Source: Octopus sinensis
Taxonomy: Eukaryota
Direction of reading: 5' to 3'
Assembly (NCBI RefSeq): GCF_006345805.1
Contig: NC_043000.1
Span: 159,340,001-159,404,000 of the forward strand
DNA: 64,000 nucleotides
The position numbers were made by a program, and so were the translations under genes. Positions 53,728 to 64,000 of the stretch are shown here, piece by piece; within the stretch, counting starts at the first letter, position 1, and each line of letters opens with the position of its first letter. The notes below the pieces were generated by a model. That model was not told where the DNA came from. It made no database searches and saw nothing but the letters and a program-made list of their open reading frames with translations.

Positions 53728-56700
53728 GTAAGAAGTAACATAGAGTAAATTGAATAAGTCATTTATAAACTGAGGGAAGCATAACTGATAAAACTGGGAA
53801 GCATAAATAAGGCAGACCGAGTGTGTTGGCACATCCACACCTCTAATACTATTGAGAATTGGATGCCTTTATATCATTGATATTTACGTCAGTAAGTTAT
53901 TAATATGCTCGAAGTGATATAAAATGTTTCGATCAACGAATGCAACGCAGCATCGTTGAGAGTACAATATACGAAACCTTAGGTATCTAACCTAACACTT
54001 TATCAACTCGATAATGTGCAATTTAACATTCTTTTTTTTTTTCAAACTGATACTAGCCATCCATTGTGCTTCTCTGCGATTGCTCTCTGCATTTCGCTCT
54101 CCATCATACATTATATGTTTCTCCCATGGAAAGTTTACTCCTCTCCATCAGTATCTTTCAATCTCCGTCAATTTTCTACCGCTTAATCTCTCTCGTTCTA
54201 AAACAGAGTCCAGCTTCATTCTCCACACCTTCCTCTCCCCCTCCATTTCTTCTTTTGAATGTCTCAGTCTTTCTACTGTTGTATATCGTTTTTACGGTCT
54301 TCTTTTATTCCTCTGACTGTTATACCCATGTGCTCCCTGTCGCTTTTTTTCTCTGTTTGCTGGCCAGTTTCGAAACATCTTTCCATGTCTTCCACACATG
54401 TGTATATCAACACACACGAAAATGTGATTTAGTCAAACAATGAATTCAAATTTCTCCTATGACATCTGTTGCTTCCATTCAGCTGTGAAAGGCAAAGCAC
54501 TCCGCCGACAATTTTGATATGCCTTTCTACACCTACTCACACACATACAAATGCGCATCAGAACAAGTTACTGAAAGATCCTACGGTGAAGATATAATTT
54601 ATGATCACACTGTCAAATAACATAAATGAGGGAGAATATATGGTTACTAGATCTGCTAGAAATGGCAAGGAATTTTCCTTCAACCGACTCCTATGTGTAA
54701 AAGAAACTGAAATACTACCTTGAATAACATAGTCCTAGCTATATTGTATCTTACAAAATAAAACAAACAATCACGTATGTCTTTTGGTAACAGCTGACGT
54801 GAGGTTAAAAAAGACAAACCACACACTCACACAGAACTGGAACAAAGGAAACAAAAATAAGCCTAAATAAATAAATAAATTGCTTGCAAAACAATGACTT
54901 TTCAAAATAAAAGTAAAAAATATTGATTTCTTGCATAAGCGCAAATTCAGAAATTTGGGGGAAGAGTTAGTTGATTATATTGATTCGCGTAATTCACTGA
55001 TACCTTATTTTAACGACCAGCATCAAAAACAATTTCGTTTATTTGTTACAAGGGCACAGGAGGTTATGGGTACTATAAAGGCGAAATATATTGAAAGACA
55101 ACAAAGAAACAATGGAACAGATAATAAAGGGGTAATATCAACAATGACACGTTAATAAACAAACCTAATAGTACAGAACAAAAACCTTCTTAAAACAGAA
55201 GAGAACCTACGTGATTCTCTCTCCCTCAACAGTCACAAACTCAGATTACCCTGACCACAATGATATTCGAAGTGCTTTCGCCGTTCACATACAGCCATAT
55301 ACTGTGGGCCATTTTAACCACGCATATCTCGCCAATCTAACACATCGTTCAGAAAACTTACTGACAGGTAATACCTTCCTCTCTAACTAGACCATCTTCC
55401 TCAAAAATTCGTTATTAATGACGACGAGGAATTGTCTCGATTGAAAAGTTCTGTAGACTTGTCGATAAAGTCCACCTTACAACTCCCTCGGTGTCAGCCA
55501 GCCAGTGCGGGCCTCCAAGTTTAGCTTTGCAGATTCGACGCAGAATTCATTCGGCATAAACCATTTTGATATTTAGAAAATTTTTATTTTCATTTTACAT
55601 GAAAAACTAAATTTTTTAAGAACATTGGTCATAATTACCAAATGTAAAACTAAAAGTTATATATTCGATAAATAAACTTATACATCAACTTAGGCCTGCA
55701 CTTGACCCAGGATTGCAGCTTACCGACACGTAACTACACCTGTTTCCTGTCATCGTTGTTCAGTAATGACTACAGATAGATTCGGTTTAGAAACCTCAAT
55801 GTGGGTCTGTGCGTCATCAAAAATGGTAACTCGAAAATGGAGCCAATCCACCAGATCCAGTAGTTTGGAAATGATGTAAGGTAGTTGCAAACGAATGCAA
55901 ACCAAGAACTCCAGTATTTACACAGAGACAAAGCAGAGAAACGGCATTATTAGGCACTGCACTCATTGTAGAGTACTTTCCACTAAACCAATTCGAAACA
56001 CTGCTCATATTCTAAAGCATGTAGACATGTGATCTTGATGTGTAGTGGAAGCACACAAAATTATTGCTATAAAATAATTATAACAATTTCTAAAATACGG
56101 GGTCAGAAATTTGGGGTATAAATTAGTTAATTATGTCTATTCCAGTTTATAATTTCTACTTTACTGTATCGACCCTGAATGGATGAAAAGCAAAGTTGTC
56201 GACAACATTATTTGAATTCACGACGTTAAAGTTACACAAAGAGATAATGCAAAATATATTGGCCAATGCCTGTATGGTTGATACAAATATTAAGATTAAA
56301 TACATAAATAAATAAACTGTCACTAAAATGAAATAAATTATAGTAAATACAGAGAAGACATTTCAAATGACAAGAAAATCATAATAAATGATGTGGTACA
56401 GATGTTAGAGGTGAAAGTTAGTGGTTACATTTCTTTGTTGAACACTTTATAATATGATTTATCACCAACTTCTATTCAGTATTGTTGCTGTTACTGGTGT
56501 TATTGGTGTTGATGTCATGGTATAACCTATGTCTGTATTTGAAATTAAAAACTAAAAAATTCTTCTGTTGACAGATTTATTACACACCTGCTTATATGTA
56601 TGCGTGTGTGTGTGTGTGTGTGTGTTTGTATGTGTGTCTGTAGGATAAAATACACAAATGAGAGGAATAATAGTACTTAGATAAACTAGTGTTGTTTTAT

Positions 56701-56821
56701 TGTACAGTTTCACACGTTTTAACGTATTTATCAAACGATTCTTGCCATAACGAAACTTTGGCGTGTTCTAAGCTCTCAGCTATAATAAAATGCCATGCAC
56801 ATATATGCAAATGATTATATA

Positions 56822-57120
56822 TCACCGTGATCACCGTGACCGACCAGGCTATCAGATGTTGCTACACATCGCTGGTCACAATGCGCTTAGCATTGTTTTA
56901 GCCTTCAAATGACGCCACCCGCTGGCTAAGCGAGCAGGCCAACAGAAGAAAGAGTGAGAGAAAGTTGTGGCGAAAGAGTACGGCAGGGATCACCACCATC
57001 CCCTGCCGAAGCCTCGTGGAGCTTTAGGTGTTTCTGCTCAATAAACAGTCACAACGCCCTGTCTGGGAATCGAAACCGCGATCCTACAACCGCGAGTCCG
57101 CTGCCCTAACCACTGGGCCA
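56822..57120 (-). mobile_element. SINE family R, tail type C
   Basis: Reverse complement match to 30643-30934. The tail ends in tandem CACGGTGAT. Confidence 0.9.
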
Positions 57121-58157
57121 TATATATATATTAACAATGAGGCATGAAAGAAGCAGAGAGGTAATGGGTGCCGGAGAGGAGAGTTAATATGTATAATAGG
57201 GGGAGAGAGAGATGGCGAAAAAGTGACAGAAAGGAGAGGCAATAAAGAGAAACACGAATGGACGAATAAACTAAGAAAGAGAAGAAAACGAAAGATAACA
57301 GAACGAAAGAATGAGATAAATGAGAAGAGCGATAGTAACGCAGTACATGAAACACAATGTTTCCACCGCTTTATGACACAATCTATACTTTCTCTATGGA
57401 TGTGAAATTCTAGGTTCTGAACTCAAAATTCTAGTCCTAATATGGTTTAAATAAACACTATTACGTAACCTACCACGATGGCAAGTGCATCGTTATTATA
57501 CTGTACATTACATAAATTCAACATGCCGTCTAGGTGTTACGAACAAACAAACGGCAGAACATCAAACTAGTTGATAAACTCTGCCAACATAAAATAAAGA
57601 GTCGAATCCCCATGACTTAGTTGCACGCACGAACACACACATTCACCAGGGTATAGTGATGAGCGATAATTGTTTTAGCGAACTACCCACTTCCAAACGC
57701 AAACATAAAAATCTCCCACAAAGAATCTTCCCTTTGGGGCCATTTAAACAACCACCCCACAGCTCTCCTAGCCGTTTGCTCTAAGTTTAGCTCAAGGGCT
57801 GCTCTGTTGTTATATTTCAGAAGAAGCGTGTATAAACACTTACAGTTATTCGCCTTACATAAATATAAATATATTATAGTTACTCATACACGAAAACGTA
57901 TGCACACGAGTGAATACTACACAAACGCATACATATTGCTTTTGATCGTATACATGATCATACATACACACACACAATATAAACAACGTTCCTACGTAAC
58001 TTCCCAAACATAAAATAACGAGAATGTACAGAAACTACAGTAAACTCTCTCCTTTCACACACACACACACACACACACACCTTATCACAAACAAGATTAC
58101 CAACCAAATGTAATTTCTGTCATAGCTCAGCGCGAAAGGAAGAACTATATGGAAACA

Positions 58158-58169
58158 TGCGCATGCGCA
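58158..58169. promoter_or_regulatory. Perfect NRF1/EWG-type palindrome TGCGCATGCGCA
   Basis: Exact 12-bp consensus in apparently unique sequence. Function is unproven. Confidence 0.3.
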
Positions 58170-58413
58170 CTAACGATTTTTTAAACAACACAAATGACAC
58201 CATAAAAAAAAAGTGTAACTGTAGCATCTATGGTTTGATCGCACAATTAATATCAACGCCATAAAGTCAACCATGAAAAACACACGCTAATGGCTGTCAT
58301 GCCGACCGAGAGCCTGAAAACTGTATTTCGAACTATAGAAACTGCAATCAGATTTCCTTTAAATGATACGCTAGCATCTTTTAGAAAAAAGACGACATTT
58401 GTTAATTTAGACA

Positions 58414-59589
58414 TACACTGGCGACAATAAATTTAAGACCGATGACAAAAGTTCTATTTCTTATAAAATATTTTGTTATTAACACCATACAAATTATTGT
58501 CATCGTTTACACCTTATGCAGAATTTATTTCTCTTTCGAATGATGCAAATAATAACTTTATACAACTTGAAATATTCGAATGCTAAATTAATATAAACGT
58601 TTCAAATTTACCGGCAAAATTAGTTTAAGACCGTATCATTATAATTTTATTTAAAGCTTAAGCTTGTAGCAAAAATGAGCAACAAGAACGAAATACATAT
58701 TTGTAATTTGTGCTGTAGCCTTTATTCTTAATAAATGGATGGAATTCTTCGGTTGGGTGACGTTTGACTTATGCTTTACCATCTGATCCTAATATACAGA
58801 TGCGTGACTCGTCACTCCAAAGGACCCTGCACCAATCTTCGGCAGTCCATTGAGCATGGCTTTTTGCGAAATTAAGGCGTTTGAGTCGATTTCTTTCGGA
58901 TATTACTGGCTTTTTCCTAGCGAGTCGTCCATGTAGTCCAAATTCTCTCAAACGGTTGCGGGCGGTTTGTGGTGTAAAAATAACACCATTCTCGTTGGAC
59001 AATTGCCAACGGCTGTCAGCATTCGGTTGCCTTCCGAAAGTCAGTGGATTCGACGGTCCAACTTGCGCCGTCGATTTTTTTGGGGCGCCAGTCCTTTGTC
59101 GATCTTTATATTGACCAGTCTCCGAGTATAACTTCCACTCTTGCATACAAGCCGTTTTACTGCGCTTTAGTTGCTTGCCGATGTTCGAAAAATAAACTTT
59201 TGCTGGTGGAGTAATACGATTTTTGCTCATGTGACTGGACTGAGGCTACATTTTTTTCCCATTATTAATCAATTGTATAATAATGTTAAATTATAACACT
59301 ATATAGTACGGTTAGGCTAGTTGTGTGAACACCCATTTTGGCAAAAACATTTGCATACACATTACATAGTCTTAAACTAATTTTGCCAGAAAAATTGAAA
59401 CGTTTATATTAATTTAGCATTAGAATTCTTCAAGTTGTATAAAAATAGTTATTCTCTGTATCATTCGAAAGAGAAATAAATTCTGCAAAAAGTGTAAAAG
59501 ATTAAAATAATTTGTATGGTATTAGTAACAAAATATTTTCTAAGAAACATAACTTTTATCATCGGTCTTAAATTTATTTGCGACGTGAC
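58414..59589 (-). mobile_element. Tc1-like transposon with IR/DR ends and an internal deletion
   Basis: Inverted repeats of about 220 bp (58416-58636 and 59366-59587), each with TTTAAGAC motifs at both ends. ORF 59230-58769 encodes an HTH region and WTAEDWCRVLWSDESRICILGSDG. The rest of the DDE domain is deleted after EEFHP. Confidence 0.9.
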
Positions 59590-60489
59590 GAAAAATCAAT
59601 TATCAGTCTTACTTTGCTTCTGCTGTTGTATATAATAGTTATCTGTTCCTATTTTGTAGCGCCTAGTTACAGCAAGACCAACAGTCGAAAGATGCGAACC
59701 GGTGACCTTTACTCTGCTAGCTATCACTAATGATTCTCTCAGCTGCAGTTTGACTAAGATTTACTATAACATATACAAACCAACGAAAGAAAGTATATAG
59801 TCACTCAAACAACAACAAACAGTAGTCAGATCATGGTCAATTACACTCTTCGGTCATATAAAAGGCAGACATATTATATAATTTCATTTTACATCAGAGA
59901 TGTTTGAATTACAGGTGCGTTGGCCGCATACTGCCAATATGTTCTACTTGTGAAGATAAACTATGCCACTTACGAGATTTTGTGAGAGTTTGGAAATATA
60001 TTTGAATATAATATATTTGAATTTTACCTTCTGAATGGGTGCCACAAACAAAATCCAAACAGAAAGCGAATATATGTATGTCATACGTTTAATAAAGAAT
60101 GCACAAATGAATATTTACAAATATCACAAGCACTGCAATGTGCCTGATATGCAAAGACATTGCTGCTGCTTTAAGAAGTAGTAAATTTGAATAGAAAATT
60201 TTCAGATCAAGCAATTTATCAGAAAACCAACAATGGCACAAGAAATAACCCATTTGCATAAATAGTTAGTCACTAGTTGGCCACGTGCCGTCAAAAATGA
60301 CGGCTAATTGTAGTATTTTATATATAAAAAGGGTACAAAACGGTGAAATAAAACCCAAACAGCGCTCCAACTCCGTGTGAGTATATGAGTGTGCATATGT
60401 ATACAGTGATATGTATGAGTAGCATAGTCTGTAGCAAACGCGGTTTCTATACTTTGTTACAGCTCTCTTCCTTTTTAAGTTTGTCAGTT

Positions 60490-60574
<85 letters not shown>

Positions 60575-60917
60575 AAATGCGCTTTGATTTTTTTTTCGCC
60601 GTTGAATTTTCACCAGCTCACTTCCATTGGTGGATATATAAATATATTTTACACACACACAAACACATTAGCATAATCATACTGACCAATGTGTGTAGCC
60701 ATTTTGCTATACATATATATACACAGACGCTGTTCAGTTTGTCCTCACCCCTTCCTTTGTCAGTCATCTCTTGTGACTGACAAAAACACAAGAGAATTAT
60801 ATATTAGTAGATTTTATTACTTTTGCCGAATGTGGTTCCTTACAAACCATACTGATATGTATGTGACCCTCATGGAAAAGATATTGTCCCGCTCTGATCC
60901 TGATAATACTAAAATAT

Positions 60918-62191
60918 TAGGCTTCCCGGAAAGTCCTGAGCGTTTTTAAGCAAAATCTTTTAACGCTTCTTTGAACACATCTGAAACGTGACACAGTAAA
61001 AACTTCGGCGTTGCATGAAGTGGTAGTGCATCTCTTATTTGTTCCGGACTAAATATAAATTTATCTTTCATTCTGATTACCCTTTATTGACATTTGGAAT
61101 GAATAACCAAAAACTTTACATTCGCATTGTAATGCTTTTCTTTCTTAAAACAAAAAAAGGAGAAAATGGTGCAAAAACTCGCAAAAACATTTGTGAAGTT
61201 AATGGTGATAATGCTGTAGGTGAATCAACTGTTCGAAGGAGGTTTGCAAAATTTAAAGCTGGAAAGTTTAGCCTGGAAGATAACAGTCGCAATGGAAGGC
61301 CTTCAAAATTCGATGAAGATGTTTTGAAGGCAAAAATCGAAGAAAACTCAAATATCATGACTAGAAAACTTGCAGAGGAGCTGCAAGTTACTAAAAGTAC
61401 GGCTCATGAAACCCTAGTGAAGCTAGGATACATTTCTCGCTATAATGTATGGGTCCCTCATAGATTCTCAGAAAAGAATTGCTTGGACCAGTATTATGTT
61501 GCTGATATGCTTTTGAAACGGAATGAAAACATGCATTTTTTTAAACAACTTGTGGAGATGAAAAATGGATTGTGTACGAAAACAATGTGCGAAAAAGATC
61601 CTGGAATCTGCGTAAGGATCCCTCCAAACAACAAGCATAGACGAATATCCATGTCAAAAAAGCTATGTTTAATGTTTGGTGGGATCATAAAAGCATTATT
61701 TATTACGAGATTCTCCTTCAAAACCAGGCCATTAATTCTGTCGTCAGCTAGCTAATTTAAACCCCAAAATCAAAGAATTGAGTCAGGAGATTGCCAACAG
61801 GAAAGGAGTAGTGTTCCAAAAAGACAATGCACGACTACATGTATCTTTCGCTACCCGAACAAAATTACATGAAGTTGGCTGGGATCTCTCACCCTATTCA
61901 CAATATTCTCCTGATATTGCACCATCCGACTACCACTTGGTTTTGTCTAGAGAACTCATAGCAAGGAAAAACATTTAACAATTTAGATGGGGTCAAAATG
62001 CATCTAGATAACTTGTTTCTTCAAGAACGGGTTAAATTTTATGATGATGGAATATTTAAATTGCCTGATAGATGGGCCAAGTTCATTAATGATAATGGAA
62101 ATTATTTCATTGAATGAAATGTATTGAAAGGTCAATTATTCATATCCCTTTTTGCATTTAAAAAACCGCTCAAAACTTTCCGGACAACCTA
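60918..62191 (+). mobile_element. Full-length, inactivated mariner (cecropia/Hsmar1-like)
   Basis: TIRs TAGGCTTCCCGGAAAGTCCTGAGCG and CCGCTCAAAACTTTCCGGACAACCTA. The transposase spans 61099-62117 with WVPH, GDEKW (after a frameshift), DNAR and YSPDIAPSDYHL motifs, plus frameshifts. Confidence 0.93.
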
Positions 62192-62299
62192 TCAAATAAT
62201 ATGGTGTAGGTAAGTCTGATCAATGAGTGCCGATTTGAAGTTTTAACAATATTCAACTTCAAATTATTCTTATTTCTTTAAAATTTGTTTTTGCAAATC

Positions 62300-63150
62300 A
62301 TGCAATCATACAGGAAGCCACTACAAAAGTTTAATTTGAAGTCTGCTTATAAAATTGACTTATAAGGAGAAATTTTAACGGACAATATGTTTGATGCTGC
62401 TCACAGCTTGTGTCAAGAAGCTGAAATTGAAGCTAAATCTTAGTCAAGAAGAATGTCATTTCATAGAATGCGCGAGAGCAGCTACTTCAGGTTAGCAATT
62501 CGTTTGTGTGGAATTCACTAGCATTAGATGAGAACACAAACATACCATGCACAACACTGTATTTGAAACAGGAACTGATGACAATTTTGCAATTAGTGAA
62601 GAGTAACTGACAGTTGAACCATTAAAAAAAATCAGGGGCTGGCCAAGATTTGTATGGCAGTGTTTAATATCTCTTTGAATTGATCTAGTTTACCTTAGAA
62701 CAAGTTGACAATCATTATAACATAAAGCGTACTTTCACAAACAAAAAACATGCCGGCCTCATAAAGCAGTTCAACAGAAGGTGAAAAATAGCACTTCACT
62801 TTATCATTCTATAGCATTATCCACTACGAAAGTTTGCATAAATCTATCCTGCATTTTAAGCATGTGATTGATCCTGTACTATGTGTTATTAAATTGATCA
62901 GAACCAGAAGGCTAAATCACAGATAATTCAGAAGTTTGGCTTGATGGATGATATGAATATTTAGATGTATTCTGTCATAGCAATGCGTATTGGTTAAAAC
63001 TGGGAAATGTTGTGCAAAAAGTATTGAAACTAAGAGAATAAATTGTGTTCTTTCTTGAAATGAATAACAGTTATGCATTTTAAAACAACACGAAAATGAT
63101 AGAGTGGCTGTGCGATTTAGAGTTCATAGTTCACTTTCGACAATTTCTTA
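62300..63150 (+). pseudogene. hAT (Buster/SPIN, GTF2IRD2-like) transposase fossil
   Basis: Frames give SLALDENTNI, GTDDNFAISEE, GQDLY, HVIDPVLCVIKLIRTRRLNHR, WLKLGNVV..LRE*IVFFLE and EWLCDLEF. Confidence 0.8.
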
Positions 63151-63199
63151 ACAGCGAAGTCTACCATGATGAGGCAAAGTCCTTTGCACCTTTGCGACC

Positions 63200-63400
63200 A
63201 TGTCATTGATACAATTCTAGTAGAACTGTGTAAGTGGCTTTCTAGAAATAACAATAAAACTTCACTAAGTCACACTACTTTCTTTAAAAAGGAAGGAGAC
63301 AAAAAAATAATGTTGTTCTGCAGAGGGCAGTACATAACAGGAAGGCCATGTCTGGGATCTCTTTGATCGCATGCCTAGCCGAGTGCTAAACAAGAACAAC
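63200..63400 (+). mobile_element. Old SINE-like repeat with a CTAAACAA(C/G)AAC tail
   Basis: Diverged similarity to segments at ~25000-25120 and ~54630-54750. Confidence 0.4.
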
Positions 63401-63802
63401 AATATTACTGCCATCAAAAACACTGCTAATAACATCGGATATGAAGCTAAAGAACAACAAACACCACACAAAAAAAAAAAAAACTCGAAGAAAGCAATAA
63501 TATATGGTAGTCACTGCTACAAATAGAAACAATGGTTTCCGCTAAAGAGCCAACAAGGAAGTCGCTACGCGATGACCCATACAATTAGAAATAGTAGCCA
63601 ATATCTTCGTCAAATAGCGAAAGCTTCCTGAAATGATATTCTACTGCAGTAGATTCTAAACTTTTTGACTTGCTACTTGATTGGCTATCAAATATAAAAT
63701 TATATATCGTACTTCGCATGGAGAATTTCAAGAAAACAGTTTTAAAGTTAAAGCTTTAGAAGATAAATAACTGTTACTTGCCTTGCTTTATTAAACATAC
63801 AA

Positions 63803-63963
63803 GGCGCAGGAGTGGCTGTGTGGTAAGTAGCTTGCTAACCAACCACATGGTTCCTGGTTCAGTCCCACTGCGTGGCATCTTGGGCAAGTGCCTTCTGCTA
63901 TAGCCCCGGCCGACCAATGCCTTGTGAGTGGATTTGGTAGACGGAAACTGAAAGAAGCCTGTC

Positions 63964-63964
<1 letters not shown>
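63803..63964 (+). mobile_element. SINE family C, 5' portion, followed by (TA)n to the window end
   Basis: GGCGCAGGAGTGGCTGTGTGGTAAGTAGCTTGC head and CORE-like segment. Confidence 0.9.

Positions 63965-64000
<36 letters not shown>

Noticed and set aside
55357-56010. Minus-strand exons with GTAAG donors at ~55360 and ~55722, and ORF 55817-56008
   Set aside because: All frames of the implied exons contain stops and no protein is recognisable. Non-coding exons cannot be excluded without RNA data.

Overview
This is an AT-rich eukaryotic non-coding window made almost entirely of transposable elements and (TA)n/(CA)n/(GA)n/(TAA)n microsatellites. The SINE families and repeat landscape point to an octopus (coleoid cephalopod) genome; this is recognition from memory, not a database search. 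No host protein-coding gene could be confidently identified. Most ORFs in the track are microsatellite artefacts or fragments of decayed transposases and LINE ORFs. Recognisable elements are: three tRNA-headed SINE families (working names M, R and C), two full-length dead mariners plus mariner remnants, two Tc1 relics (one with IR/DR ends), two hAT fossils, three R4/Dong-like fragments, one Tx1-like and one RTE-like LINE fragment, non-autonomous Helitrons, several MITEs, and a Penelope-type element with a minimal hammerhead ribozyme motif. The most interesting signal is in SINE family M. At three loci it forms head-to-tail multimers, and all five junctions fall at the same position and form a GAAATA-CC-(T/C)ATTT hairpin. 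Its 3' tail also resembles the 3' UTR of the Tx1-like LINE in this window. This suggests a Tx1-driven SINE that inserts into related SINEs or multimerises at a fixed site.
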